Positions 23,159-37,212 of a stretch of 64,000 bases of DNA are shown piece after piece. Source of the DNA: Spironucleus salmonicida (Eukaryota); NCBI RefSeq assembly GCF_000497125.1, contig NC_090600.1:1509197-1573196 (forward strand). The letters are read 5' to 3'. A program made the translations under genes and the position numbers. Under the pieces are notes generated by a model. That model worked only from the letters and a program-made list of their open reading frames with translations, ran no database searches and had not been told where the DNA came from. The stretch's first letter is position 1. Each line of letters begins with the position of its first letter.

Positions 23159-26100
23159 ATGTCAGATCCAGAAGAGCTGAAGCCAATGGCATATCAATAG
23201 TAAACTCCAAGTACAAAATCAAGAGCACTTGTCTAACACTAATAGTACTTATAAAAGTTGTCGGAGAAATCTAGAGCACTAAAACAGCAAAGAGAAGCAG
23301 AAGAGTAAACTAAGGAGAAGTAATTAGAAAAATAATTTTCTGTTTACAATAGCGGGGCTAATAGAAAATTAATTGATAAGGAATAAAAGGTTAAGAATAT
23401 TAAAAAATGGGATGAGACAGCTAACTTGAACACTGCTATTTAACCTGTCTACGCTGTACAGTAAAATATATCTCCTACAGTCTAGAACTAATATGGTTAG
23501 GAAAACTACGAAGATACACTTATAGATTTAGCAAATTAGTATAAGATTTAAGACCAGTAAACTGGCATAGGCACATTAAAATAATAGGAGATATATTCTG
23601 ATTAAAACAATCAAAATAATTATTAAGATTAGAGTTTCATTGACTAGAAGACTCTAAACTAACACCAATTTCAGCCTGACAAAGACCAAAATTAACCAGA
23701 TTAACACTATTAGTAAGTGAACGACTAAACCTTGGCCCCGAAAGCGTCACTTTTTACTCTAGACAATTTAGGAAATGAAATTTCTTTGGAATAGGCTATG
23801 CACAACCCACCAAATGCGTTTGCACCAATGCAGCAACCAGAGGAACAGAAAAGCCATTTTGATGCCAATTTAGACGACACTGAGTTCGGGATCACGAAGG
23901 AAATCAACGAATCTGATGATAATTTGGCGCAAACTGGTGACCTGAACGCATTCCCGGACTTGGCAGACGACAAACAAAAGCCAGAGGACAACTACGCGCA
24001 GTCGTTCAAAATGCTATCTCTAGCAAACCAGCAAGATTACGATTACAGGCTTTCGCCGGCGCAAATACCAGAGACACTCTTTATGCTGCTTAACGCTATG
24101 GACTAGCTCCCAGATAGCAATTTTGGTGGAACAGGAGAGGTTGAGCCCAAAACGCAGACGCAAATGATTCTATGCGATGAAGAAGAATAAATTGAGGGGG
24201 ATTATGTGGGTGAGTGCAAAATTGAAAATATGGCTGAAGATGGTTAGTTGGGAGTCGAAAATGCAGATAAAGAAGTTATTTTGGATGAGAAAAACGAAAT
24301 TATATTTTAGAATTAGGGTGTTGACATTATTTAAGAGTAGGAGGACCTGGAGGGCAATCAAACTAGTTTGCAGAAAAAATAACATAATTTGTCGAAAATT
24401 AAGAAACTCCCAAAACCCGCAAGATAAAATAGCTAGGCAACAATTTATTAGTAGGAAGCTGATAACAATTTATTAAGTTTGAATCAGCATACATAAAATG
24501 ATATTAATAGATGCGAGTAATTGTATGAGTCGTTAAAAGGTAACGGTATTGAAATAATATCACTAGTTTAGCAAATGCAGGTTATGTCACCTAAAGAAAA
24601 ATAAGAAGTACTTTTTGTGCTAAAAGATGCTTAATTAGGAGAATAATCAGGACTTTAATCACTAAAAGTATCAATTGATTACTCAAAATAAATTTAGTAA
24701 TATTAGTCTAACTTATCAAATCATGTGGAAGAACCACGAAGACTATTATCAGCTAAACGCCCATTATCTGGCGAAAGAGTTAAAAATAGAGTTCCATCTG
24801 CTACACCTAAGCCATTATTACATTAAGGTGAGCATTAAATTACTGGACTCCCTACTCAGCTGCCAAAAATTATGAAAATTAATGATTAGAGTAGAAATTT
24901 AGATGATTCTTTGAAGATTTCATTATCAACAAGTTAATTGCAGACCATGAAATCAATTAAATAGTAAGAAACTTTAAGCTTACTCAATGTTATCATTATA
25001 GAGATTTTAAATGTTTACCCAATTTAAGATGCAATGGGTACAATTGTTCCTAATCTACTATCTGCAGATAAAAATCCGGTTTATATCGTTCATAAAAGTA
25101 TTTAAGATAAATAAGAAGTACAAAAACAAGAAAATTAGAGAATAATAATTGAGTAAATACCTCAAAATAGTAATCCGTTCTTTATATTTACTCTATATAA
25201 TGAAAAAATGAAATATGTGTTATCTTAAGATTAACGCAAAGGAAGAATGAGAGTAGGATTGCCAAAAGATTTTAAAGCAAAAATTTGGTAGATTAATATT
25301 CCTTCAACAAAACCATTCGAGGATGTAATATTGGACTACTGTATAACAAGAAGATTTAGATACTAAAGTAGTTGCATTTTAGAATGTATTAGTTATTTGC
25401 CTATTAGTTTGAATTAAATTACACCGGATAATTCTCTTGTATTTAAAAAACCAACCATATCTATTGTTTCTAAGACGCCTAGACTGGGTACCCCTAAATT
25501 AGAAAAAAGTATCAGATTAAGAAAATCCAAAGATTAAATTGAAATTGATATTCTTAGCAACTATGGTGGCAATTAATCTGGTTTAAATTCTATTTTACTA
25601 TTTGATTCTTAAGGGCACTAAATTCTTTTACCTAATGATGATGTTAGTATTAGCTCAACAGATAGACCGGAAGCTATATTGAATTTATTTCTATACTAAA
25701 ATTTAGGGAACTAAGATTCAAGAAAATAATGGACTACTGCGAATACAGTCACCTCTTCTATTATTATTACTTCTTCATAGCATTTGCGTGTTACTGCAAT
25801 GAAAATTTTAAATTACAATTGCCCAAAAGAGCAAACCAAGTGTACAAAAGATATACAGATTAAGTTCAATAATGAAGTAGTTAAAAATTCAGAATTAGGT
25901 TAGTTTAACAATAAATTAGACTAAATTGACTTTATTTTGTTGCGATAGGATATGGATTTGTAAGATATATTAGAAAAGTTAATTTATCAAAACTAAGATA
26001 CTTAATAACCAGTTACTTACTAAACCCCATAGTTATCGAAGTAAGAAACACCACTTACTAAAAAACTAACACCAAATTCGTTAAAATTGCAAAACAATGG

Positions 26101-27337
26101 ATTTTTAGTTGAAGATTACTCAACTTTTAGCATTACTTTACTACTTTTAGACACATTCAGTTACAATTCAACTGGCTATTCTATAGGTGATATTTAGCTA
26201 TAAACTCAAAATAAAAATTTTCTTCAAGTTAACATGGTATAACCATCTGGCCAAGATTTTGAATTTTTCAGTCGTGGTGAGAAAGTTGAACAGAATTAAA
26301 CTACAATAATTGGTTAAAACCTTTCATAACCATTGCTTTTTGCCTAAAGACTGAATGGAAAGCAGAGAAATACACTATGCAAAGCTACTTTATGGTTCAA
26401 ACACGACTAAACCGATACCATAACACACTTAATGATTAACAATTTCGCATAATCACTGGACAACACGTTGAGACAGTTTTTAATTTTTGTCAATGGTGTA
26501 ATATAGTAGCCATTTCCTGGTGTGATATTACCACAATGTGTATTTAGTCCTGATATGACAAATGAATATTTATAATAGTACACTGGATTCTCAGAATAAG
26601 GAAATATAACTCAAATTCAGTAAAATTTTATTCAGGATGTGTGTGTTTATACTCCTATTTTAATTAAGCAGGGTATCTCTAAAGCATCATAAGAATTGTA
26701 GCGACATGCATAACAATCAGGCAACTTTTATGAATTCATTCAGTCAAAATTTTAACCAGTTGAAATTAGGTTATCTAGAGGAAATAATCAAATACAACTT
26801 ATTCATTAGAAAATAAATAGTGAAAATTTAACGTATATAACTTCTTATTAACCTTAAGGCAATACGTTATAAATTGATATACTATCATACTATCGTGAAA
26901 CTAAATAGGTTGGAGTCTCGCTTATTTAATTATTTTAAAATGGCAAAGATTAGATTAATTTCTAAAAGTATTCTGCATAGATTTATTCCAACCTTATGAC
27001 GTCTTAAATTTTTATCAACGAATCTACAATTTCTGACTCATAAAATCCGGCATATGAATTATTATAGAATAAACCCTGGATTGTAATCATGAAAAATATA
27101 AGTGGTTAATACATCCAAGGTTACTCTAGTTGTGCTAGTATTAGCACATTATATATCACATTTCCAGATAAATAAGAGATTAGTGGAATATCATTAATTT
27201 CAGATAATATAGCAGAAATTTGTATATCTTTTGACGGAAAATTATTATTTGAGGGATTATTATCAGATAATGGTAATATATAATAAATTTCGTTTAGTAA
27301 GCATAAGCTATTAGGAGATTAATTATTGATTCAGTGA
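23159..27337 (+). CDS. 1392-aa protein with C-terminal KATNIP/KIAA0556 (DUF4457)-like repeats
   Basis: Long Q-rich N-half. IEIDILSNYGGNQSGLNSILLFDSQG and AMKILNYNCPKEQTKCTKDIQI resemble the KATNIP repeat (L.ILSTWG...GL.GIE.FD..G; LRIWNYN). Two further degenerate repeats follow. Confidence 0.6.
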
Positions 27338-27352
27338 AATATAAATATCACT
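27333..27352. terminator. back-to-back AGTGA stop/polyadenylation motifs of two convergent genes (example)
   Basis: AGTGA-aatataaata-TCACT. About 20 genes in the window end in NAG-TGA. Confidence 0.6.
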
Positions 27353-29090
27353 ATAATATCCAAAGTGTAAAGTGTTTAATGAAACTAATTACAAAAGCTG
27401 CTATAAGTACCAAAATCCAAAATACTTAACTTTTTAGAGCATCTGCGATGACAAGCCAATTTTCCGTTAATGTAGGCTAACTTAGCTTATATTTAGGTGT
27501 ATTTTCTATACCACTTGCTAACAGTCTATTATTATAGTTAGAATAGCGTAAATTCTTAGCTTCTCTCATCTCTGGTGGTTATGACCCGAAAAATTTATTT
27601 AATACATCATAATCTATTTACATTATTCCAAAAAAGTTTAAATATCGCTTTTGTTAAATTTTCTCTTCAATATGTTACACTGAAGGTTTAATTAACTATA
27701 TAATTGATGAGATATAAAATGACTTTAATTCACCAAGATTTGAAGCCTTTTTATATAAAGTGCGAACATTAGTGGTGTTAATATGAACTTATGTTACAGT
27801 ATTATCAAACAATTATTATATTCTATGTGAAACTTTTTATGCATTAACCCAGATATCTTCCTCTCTAAAATCATCTATAGATTTACTTTTATAAAGATTT
27901 TAGTAAATAATATTTACCTATGTACCTTTTACAATGCTTTAGAAACTTAGTATACACTCTAACAACTCATTTTTAGAAGCGTATACTTTTTGAAATGCTT
28001 CATAGTTAAGAATCAGCCGCCATTCATTAATAAATAACAAGATTTAATCTAAACTAGAAATAATCATTGTATTTATCTTAAAATAAACCTTATCTGGGGT
28101 GTCAAATTTTTATTTTCCATTGTTGCTTACAGCATAAGCTCTCTTTAATCTATATATATAATTTTCTAAAAATGCTGTAATTTACTCAAAAAATAAACTA
28201 AAAATTTAATTTCCTACATTATTTTTCATTAATAAATTCATATTTTTGATTAATTATAAAAATATTGGTAATTTTACTATATGTCGAAAATGTTGCATTT
28301 AAATCAGTAAATAAAAAGCTGCCTATCGCATGTAATAATCCATAGCATCAGAATTATCTTTATTTGAAGATAAGAAAATTTCTAGAATAGCATTTCTATT
28401 GCTGGAGTAAAGGTTGGCTTAAAACTGTTAACATTCTTATATTTCCATATTCTCTATATTTTAATTTACGCATCTGCATTAATTACATTAGCATATTTCA
28501 ATATCATTCAGAATAGTTTAAATGCATAGAATATTTACAAATTCTTTGCTTTTGACAATTACAACTTTTCTCACGCCATTACCAGTGGAAATACATTACA
28601 GTCCTTAAGAATTTAAATCATCTCCATTCCATTTACTCCAATTTTCTAAAATTTAGAGTGCACCATTTCGATAGCTTTTCAACTCAAAATTATCAGACCT
28701 AACACTGAAACGTGCATTTTTGGAACATTCTATTAGAAGCTAAATAAAATCTCCGAATAAAGAGGATGATACACAACCTGCATAAATCGAGTGAAAATAA
28801 GAAGTTGAATCCGCTAATGGTGCAGTAAAATGCTGAGATGAGTAATTTTAGTGAAGAATTAATTGGGAATGAAATTATGATGATGGTGAAAAGAATAAAA
28901 TTGATTCTTTTATAAAAGATTTGGGAGGTGAAGTCAGCAAATTAGGAACTTTGTAGAAATATCCTTATGGGGCGAAGAAGGAATTAATAAGCTATTTAGT
29001 AATTTATTCAAAATTGGATTGTTTATAAAAATGTGGTGCTAAGTATCTATCCATATTTTAATGTAATAATGAGGAAGCAAATTCTGTCAT
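27348..29090 (-). CDS. hypothetical protein (580 aa), helical C-terminal half
   Basis: MTEFASSLLHQNMDRYLAPHF...; start and stop are in frame, ends TAG-TGA. Confidence 0.7.
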
Positions 29091-29317
29091 TATTTTAAAT
29101 TTTTCACCAATTGATTCAATAATTATATAATACCTAATATTAAAAAATTAAAATATAATATATGAAAAATTATTAGTATCAAATTTTGTAAATATTTTGC
29201 GTAATTGATTGCATAAGTAAACTTTAAATATAATATAACAAAATAATAAATTATAGATTAAAATTTAAATATCTAAAAGGATTATAAATAAGATATATTA
29301 CCTGATTGCGAAATTGA

Positions 29318-30022
29318 ATGAATAGGGACATGGCGAAAGCAATAAACTTGTTAAAGTCAATTGATGTCAAAGATATCCCATCATTATCAGAAATTTATGT
29401 GTAATCTCACTAGGTTAGAGGACGATTTTTTATTCCGAATCTAACTCATACTCATGGGAAAACGAAAAAAAGTAATTCAACGTTATCTAAGGTAAATGAT
29501 AGGGAATAATAACGTACATAAACATAAATAGTAAAACCTGTAATTTAATCAGATCCTAAATTTGATGTTCCATTGTATGATTAGGTTTTTGAAATGGATA
29601 ATATGGAGCAGTAGAACAATGTAATTAACGAAGAGCTACGATTGCTTAAAAGCTTATAGGACAAGTATAAGGTATTAAAAAATAAATTACGAACAAATAT
29701 TATAGAACTAAAGGCTATACGAATGACAGTTGATGGAGCAAACGCACAATTGGATAAAATGTAAATTAAAATAGATCTTATAGAGTCATAAGTTTATATT
29801 TTTCAAGATGAATATATGCTAGAGTTACAAAAATAAGAGAATTCTATAGATGTTGATTCTAATGTTGAATCATTACCGTAATAATTTCTTACCACTTTAG
29901 ATTAGTTAGAAGGAAAAATTACTACTTCTACTAAGTCACTTACAGATACACATTAATAATTAAAAAGATACAGGCATAAAAGAAAACATGAGAACTAAAA
30001 TAACAATAAATAAAAATAATGA
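29318..30022 (+). CDS. coiled-coil hypothetical protein (234 aa)
   Basis: MNRDMAKAINLLKSIDVKDIPSL...; code-6 ORF. Confidence 0.7.
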
Positions 30023-30028
30023 GTTCTT

Positions 30029-30376
30029 TCACAATACCATGGAGCTATCTTTTTCTCTAATAATATCCTCAAGTGTTCTAGTTGGAGCCCTAGCTCTAGA
30101 AAAATAAGTATCGCAAATATAATTATCATAACCTAACAATATCTTTTGTGAGTGAGTAAGTACCTAAGTTTATGAATGAGAAGCTAAATCTAATTCGAGC
30201 GCTAACTATTATGCTAAAATAGGACGTATAGATTGTTCAAATTCAATACGTTTATTAAAATGGCTTTATACTGAGGTTTTATCTTTCAAATCTTTAATAG
30301 CCTAAGGTAAATTATAAAGGGAATTGTAAGAGATAGGTGCTGATAAATCTGTTGGATGTGTAAAAGGAACCTACAT
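30029..30376 (-). CDS. 115-aa protein, possible proteasome maturation factor UMP1/POMP
   Basis: PILAQQLALELDLAS...HSQKILLGYDNYI resembles the POMP pattern APLxLxME...LxLDILxGxDETI, and the size fits; weak call. Confidence 0.45.
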
Positions 30377-30423
30377 TTAGAGGTTAAAAAGTAAAATATG
30401 ATAATATCATATAATATTAATAT

Positions 30424-30741
30424 TCAGTGAATGCACTCTTCGAAATTTTTTAGATCAGTGCATAATTCGGATATACCTTGATAAAGTCGTATTACACTTG
30501 GCAACTATACTATATTATATCGATCACAAATATCTTGATTTTCTACACAATAAATTTAGCTAAAAATAATATGTTTGTATTCATTTTGAAAAGATAAATT
30601 ATTGTATAATGAGTTAAAATTTTCGCAACCAATACACCACGAAGGTGCAAACTTTATTAATAAGATCTTATTTTAAACGTCTTCTATTTACATATCATGA
30701 TACCTAGAGAAATCTAGAACAATAGATAGAGTAATTAACAT
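30424..30741 (-). CDS. single-domain thioredoxin/PDI-like protein (105 aa)
   Basis: LIKFAPSWCIGCENF...IYCVENQDICDRYNIVQLPSVIRL, with a short hydrophobic N-terminus. Confidence 0.8.
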
Positions 30742-30784
30742 TTTAACTATATATTTAATATTAATTATTAATTATTATTTATTA

Positions 30785-32365
30785 ATGCGTGCTACATAGT
30801 TTATTTCAAAGCCTTCTGCTAAATAAATATAACAGCTGATAGCTGCATAGAATGCAAAATTTATGATAATGGCATAACATGGACCTTTATCATTTTCCTT
30901 ACAAGAAATTCCATAAGTAGATACAACAACCCCAATTGAAGAACTTATGGAACTATTAAAACGTAAACGTTCTTTTAAGATAATTTTAGGTTCACCTCAC
31001 CAGTGTACTTGTCCTCAAGGTAAGTAAGATTGTTTTTGCGAACATATAGCATTCTTAAATATCCGAAAATTTAAAATTCCAATCAAAGATTAACTATGCT
31101 TTTAGACATCTTGGACTGATTTAGAGCTGGATAGAATTCTATAATGTAAATTTTTGAAATAATCTAGTCAAAAGACGAAAAAACTTGTTAAAGATGAATC
31201 TATACACGAAACGACAAGGTTCACGCCCAGAAATGAGATAACAGAAGAGACATATTGTGCAATATGCTTAGAAAATATTGATTCTGATGATCCCGCGACT
31301 CTCCCATTTTGTGGGACTTGTGGAAATTCACTACATGAAAGATGTCTCTACATATATTTAGCAAATGCGAAATAATAGAAAACTAAAGAAACTTGTATTT
31401 ACTGTCGTTAAGAGTGGAAAGATGGCAGAGATAAAATTTATCAAGGAGGAAAAGCTCAAAAAAATTCTACAAATGCTATAAGTAAAATTGACACAAATAA
31501 TCTAGATTAATGTTGTTGCTGCCATTCTAAACTTGGAAAGCACTATGCACTAAAATAATTTTCAGCAGATAAATTTTGCTACCAGTGTTTATGCTAGCTT
31601 GAAAAAGGGACATATGTAATAAACAAACGCAATTTGATCCTTAAAAGGCTGCAAGTTAAACCTTTACAAACACATAGAGCTTAAATTGTTTAAAATTTCT
31701 ACAATAGAGAAATTACTGCTTTAGATTATGATCTTTTATTAAGGCTTGATGATTAAAAAACTGACTAGCGTGCAATGCAGCTTAAACTGCCAACTTTTCT
31801 AGTTCCTTTTATTTTTAAGGAGAATGTTTCTGGCCAATAATTTGAATGTTAGCTCTGCTAAAATGCAGAAGTTAACCCATATAACCTGCTTTCAGTTGAC
31901 TCGCTTACAGACATAGATAATTTAGACCTAGATTTAAATAAGCTTCATGACTGTTTGAAGGAGTAAGAAGTTCGTGTTTCTGTTTAACTTATTGAATCAT
32001 ACTTAGCTAACAACACATAATTCTTCCTTCCTTGTGGTTAGCATGCCGTGCATGGATTCTGTGCACTCGTTTGTGCTGCAGAAAAAACAGTTTTCAGATA
32101 GGGTGAGCAATATTTAGGTTCAAAAATTCTTTCTGACTATTGTGAGATTTGCAAAATTCCTTATTTGAAAGAGTGGCTACGTGAGGCTAGACTTTAAAGA
32201 GCGGTAAGTCAGAATGGGGGTAAACGGGAGCCGATAGTACTAGAGAAGACTGGGAAAAAGACTGTAACTCCACGAAACAGGGAACCAGCTTTTAACCTCG
32301 ACCAGGGAGTGGATTTATTAGGGTGTATTTAAGTTAATAACGTTTAAACCATTAATAGGAAGTGA
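30785..32365 (+). CDS. ZSWIM2: ZSWIM2-like E3 ubiquitin ligase (SWIM + RING + further Cys-rich domains)
   Basis: HGPLSFSL, FKIILGSPHQCTC..CFCEHIAF (SWIM), DICAICLE..FCGTCGNSLHERC..CIYCRQEW (RING), REITALDYDLLLRLDD, LPCGQHAVHGFC. Confidence 0.8.
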
Positions 32366-32403
32366 ATTTGATATTTTTATGTAATTATTTAACGATATAT
32401 AAA

Positions 32404-33834
32404 ATGGAGAGACTTCCATAGATTTAAATCTCGCATTGCCGCTTCCAACGTGCACTGCAGTCGCAAATTTAAATCTAAAAAGCTAATAAAATAACAGATT
32501 TACCGTTATTTTTTCCTGAAATTAAAGACGAACATCAGGCAATTTAGTAAATTTCAGTTAAATCTGAAAAAGTCAAACGGAAAGGTTGCAATTTAAAGAT
32601 ATGCTCTTCTTCATTCTTTCAGTCACAGGTATCTAGGTTTAATGTGAAAAATGACACTCCTGGGCCGTACGCATTATCGCGGGAAATTAATGGCACAAAA
32701 ATATAATTTTCAAAACAGGCTAGGTTTTAAAAAATATAAAATAGCGTAGATTATCCACTATTTGATCTTTAACGTGACCAAATCAGCCATGTGCTATATA
32801 AAGCTGGAGTTAAGAAGTGGAAAAAAGAACTCAGTTTATGGACAGATATTATACTAAAGAATATTGATAATTAAGAAAAAGAATAGTAAATAGTTTATTT
32901 TTAGTCTGATGATAAATTGGAATTAGAGTGACAAGCGAATAACATTATTACTATATAATATTGTTAGTTACGAGTAAGATAAATGACTTTACCACGAAAT
33001 TTAGATATTATTGAAACTAAGAGTCTAAATTATGTGGAGAATGGTATCTCATTTGAGATATTAATTCGTACTAATTAGGCTCTTAAACATAAATCAACAA
33101 TGTAATAATACTGCGCAGATGCATTTTAAGATATTAAATATTTTGATACTGTGGTTGAATTAAAAAATAAAAATTATCGACTAATCTTTAATAAGTTTAA
33201 CCTAGTATAACGACACTACTTATTAGTAAGTATTGATTTCTGTCATTAGAAAGAAATCTTAACTTAGTTATCATTTGAGGCATTAGCTGAAGCCATTTAA
33301 ATTACAAATTTCTATGCATTTTATAACGGTGGTTAAAAATCAGGATCATCTTAACCAAGGTAACATTTTTAACTCGTAGAATTAGATAAGATTCCAATAG
33401 AAAATTTAATTATAAATGATAAACTAAGATATTTAGATGATTTATAGTGCTTTGTGGAGACTTTTCCTGTTTGTGATAGTATGTCATTATACAAAGCATA
33501 CATTAATCTAATTAAAAAGTGTCGCATATAACTATCAGAGCCTATTATATCAGATGATATTGCACATAACTATTTTGATGTATCTAAACTTCCTACTTAT
33601 CACCAAATTTATACATAAGAAGAGGACCAATCCACACTGACTTAGCTTACAATAGATGACTATAGTTTAATAATCGCTAATGGTTATATGATTATGTTCA
33701 AGCGGAGTTAAGATAATTTTATTAATTCAATATCATTAACAGGGTAGATATTTGTTTAAGATGAATAATCAGCATAGTTACTTATGTAAACAGGTATTCT
33801 AAATACTTTTAGAACTTGTATACCTACGGAATGA
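32404..33834 (+). CDS. hypothetical protein (476 aa) with one TPGP motif
   Basis: MERLPQIQISHCRFQR...; DTPGPYA motif near 32652. Confidence 0.7.
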
Positions 33835-33956
33835 TTTTAATTTAAGTTCAATTTTATATAATAAAGTAGATTTTTTATTTAAAGTATGATTTTGTATAAT
33901 ATTATTATATTAATATACACCTATAAAACTAATTCCGTTCCACGAATTTTTATAAA

Positions 33957-34883
33957 ATGCCTAACTTCCTACCAGATTCTATTCTTTGCCGCTTACTCTC
34001 TGTCAGAGGTATGAAGCCAGGTACATAAATAGATATACCAGAGCATGAAATTGTTGAAATAGCTGAAAAAGCATACGAAGTTTTTCTATCTTAACCATCT
34101 TTACTCGAATTGGCTGCACCAGTAAAAATTTGTGGAGATATACATGGATAGTATTATGATTTACTGAGATTGTTGGAATATTCTGGATTCCCTCCTTCTG
34201 TTAACTATTTATTCTTAGGAGACTATGTGGATCGAGGACAATAATCTTTAGAATGTATTATTTTGCTTTTATGTTATAAGATAAAATATCCAGAATCATT
34301 TTTCTTATTGAGAGGTAATCATGAGTGCTCATCGATTAATAGAATTTATGGATTTTATTAAGAATGTCGTCAGCGTTATTCAGTAAATCTATGGAAAGTT
34401 TTTAAAAAGACCTTTGATGCATTACCTATTGCTGCGACTATCGAAGATAAAATATTCTGTGTACATGGTGGTTTAAGTCCAGAGCTTAACTCTTTCAAAT
34501 AGCTTGCCAATATTGTCAGACCTACATGTGTACCTGACTAGGGTCTTCTCTGTGATGTCCTTTGGTCTGATCCAGATACAACCATATAAGGATTTTAGGA
34601 AAACGATCGTGGTGTTTCTTTTACTTTTGGACAGGACGTAGTTATGAAGTTCCTTAAAAAGTTTGATTATGACCTTATTGTAAGGGCTCATTAGGTCATT
34701 TAGGATGGCTACGAATTTTTCGCAAAACGTCGCTTAGTTACTATTTTTTCAGCACCAAATTATTGTGGAGAATATGATAACTCAGGTGCGATTATGTCAG
34801 TAGATGATTCTCTTATGTGTTCATTCTAAATTTTAAAAGCGTAAACTAGAAGTGAATAAGCTGCATGTGGCGGTAGATATTGA
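33957..34883 (+). CDS. PP1: serine/threonine protein phosphatase PP1 catalytic subunit
   Basis: [68 protein letters not shown]. The conserved Gln in GDIHGQ and RAHQ is encoded by TAG. Confidence 0.97.
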
Positions 34884-34973
34884 TTGATTTTGCTTATTTT
34901 ATATTTTTAAATATCTGTTAATATACATATACAATACAATATTTAGATTTCATATAAATTTTACATTCCACAA

Positions 34974-35648
34974 ATGGATTATTCATAAAATTCCGATCGT
35001 GCTCTTCAAATGCGTGTACATTAACTTGAAGAATAGCTTGCTATCCGTAATTCTGAGTATCACCAGCTTTCTTCGTAAGCCTTAAGTACCACTTAAAAGT
35101 TGGAATAACATATTGCTAACTTAGAATCAGAAAAAGCTTAAATGATAAATAAGTTTGCTTCGTCTCAATAATATGGATCGGATGAAACTCAAGTAGAAGA
35201 GCTCAAGCAAACAATCTAGATTCTTAATGAGTAGCTTATTGATACCAATAATGAGCTTCTTGAGGTTCATGAACAATAGGAAGAAACTAGAAAAACTCAA
35301 ATGTTTAATGAAAATTAAGGTGATGGCTAAGATTTTGATATTGATCAGCCTTTCGGCAAATCTTAAGTCTAAACTCTTGAAGAAGATATTTAATTAATGA
35401 GAAACGCAATGGCTGACGAAGAATAAAAAAAATTAGATGATAAAGATGAATTAAATATGCTTCGTGATGATAATTAAGAGTTACGCTAAAAATTAACCTT
35501 TTTAGAGGCTTAAATTCGTCAAATCAATAAACTTTTTGGTGGCCTCGGCAACATTTGTACTGGTGCTTAAGATCGTTTAGAATCTCTTTTGTCTGATGGA
35601 AATGAAATGAATCTTACAATTGGGTAGTCACACTTTGCATGGAAATGA
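34974..35648 (+). CDS. coiled-coil hypothetical protein (224 aa)
   Basis: MDYSQNSDRALQMRVHQLEEQLAIRNSE...HFAWK. Confidence 0.75.
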
Positions 35649-35658
35649 TCTTTATCTC

Positions 35659-36633
35659 TCACTCTTCAAGTAACTTCATCTAATTTTAGATTTTTCTCTT
35701 TAATATACCAATTTTCCTGTTCACATCTTCCACTGCTTTTTCCATGGTATTTTGCATAGCTTTTAAACTTAAATAGTCAATACTATAGGGCCCATCAGAA
35801 GCAGATATTTCTTTCTATTTTAATTTTTCAAGTTATAATACATCAGTTTTTAGTTCCTTTTCTGTATAATCAATTTTTTCCTTAATTTACTTTGTTTGAA
35901 TTTATTTACTAATTATTTCACTATCAATATATTTTTTCTAATCAAGTATTTTATTCAAATCCTACTTAAGTTGATTCATTTATAATAAACAATTTCCAGC
36001 ACTTAGTTTAATTCTTAATAATTCTTAATTTCTAATAGCAATCTTATCTAATAATTTGCTATTTTCAATCTTAAGTTAGTCAAAGTCAACTTAGTTTAAT
36101 CCTTATTGCTAATTAATACCAGAGTTATTTTATTCCTTAATTTTATTGAGCTATTTTTTAAATTACAATTCTTTTTCAGAGAATTGCTAAGTTTGATTCT
36201 TTAATTTTTATGTTTAAATGTTATAAAAAGATTCAATTGCATTAGCATTTACCGATTTTGGCAGCCTATGAATGATTTCCTAGTTAGATTCTTCAATTGA
36301 AAATCCAGTATCACCTAATACTTCTCTCTAATAAATAAAAGTCAATCGGCGAATAGTAGCCAAATTTTATTCATACGCTAAAATAAGTGACTTTAAGCGA
36401 CATGCAGCATCTAGTGAGATTTATGATAGGTATTCATTGTGTGTTTTTAGTTCAGATGATTCAGATAGCGCAATAAGTAATAAATCTGCATTTTCTAATT
36501 ACTAAGGGTTTTCAATATCTGAAATTTCAGGATCATCTATATATCTCTCCTCAAATGCTGATAGAAAGTCATTTTCCTTTAATAATAGTTCATTTTATTA
36601 GATAAGTTCATCAATCTATACGTTTAGGGACAT
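35659..36633 (-). CDS. CCDC113: ciliary coiled-coil protein CCDC113/CFAP263 (DUF4201)
   Basis: LNQVDFDQLKIENSKLLDKIAIRNQELLRIKLSAG, plus N-terminal LLKENDFLSAF. Confidence 0.75.
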
Positions 36634-36702
36634 TTTTTTGCGGAATTAAACATTGTATTTCATATATATTATGAATATAATTTATTGTATTTTGAAAAAT
36701 AA

Positions 36703-37164
36703 ATGCAATAAAAATAAAGAATAACTAATAGTAATGGACTCATTGACCCACCATAATCTTTCTTAACAAAGACAATATTTTTAGATACGACGCCATTGAA
36801 ATAATAAGATAGATGGAAAAAACCAGTTGCATAAAAGTACGAATTTCTTATATAAAGAGAAAGAAAATTAGTTACTTAAAAGTAAACAACTCAAAATGAC
36901 GATTTTTTCTATGATAAGAAAACATATCAAAATATTAAAAGATTTCTACATCAGGATAAATTGCCGACCATCTAAAAATAGAATAACCTTATCAATAGAA
37001 GTAGTGCAATCAATCGATCTGAAAGATTCAAATAACTAAAACCCTGGGATATTACACCAGGTCCCACGGAATATTAAATAAATATCGAATACTTTCGTCC
37101 AAAAACTAGTTGCATTATGGCAGAATCAGCAAGATTTCGAGATTCCGAATTTATTAGCAAGTGA
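36703..37164 (+). CDS. 153-aa protein with SHIPPO/ODF3-type PGP motif
   Basis: RSERFKQLKPWDITPGPTEYQI...SARF; ends AAG-TGA. Confidence 0.65.
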
Positions 37165-37212
37165 TAATTAGTTTATATTATTTTATAACATATATTCGCT
37201 TGCCTTAATAAA

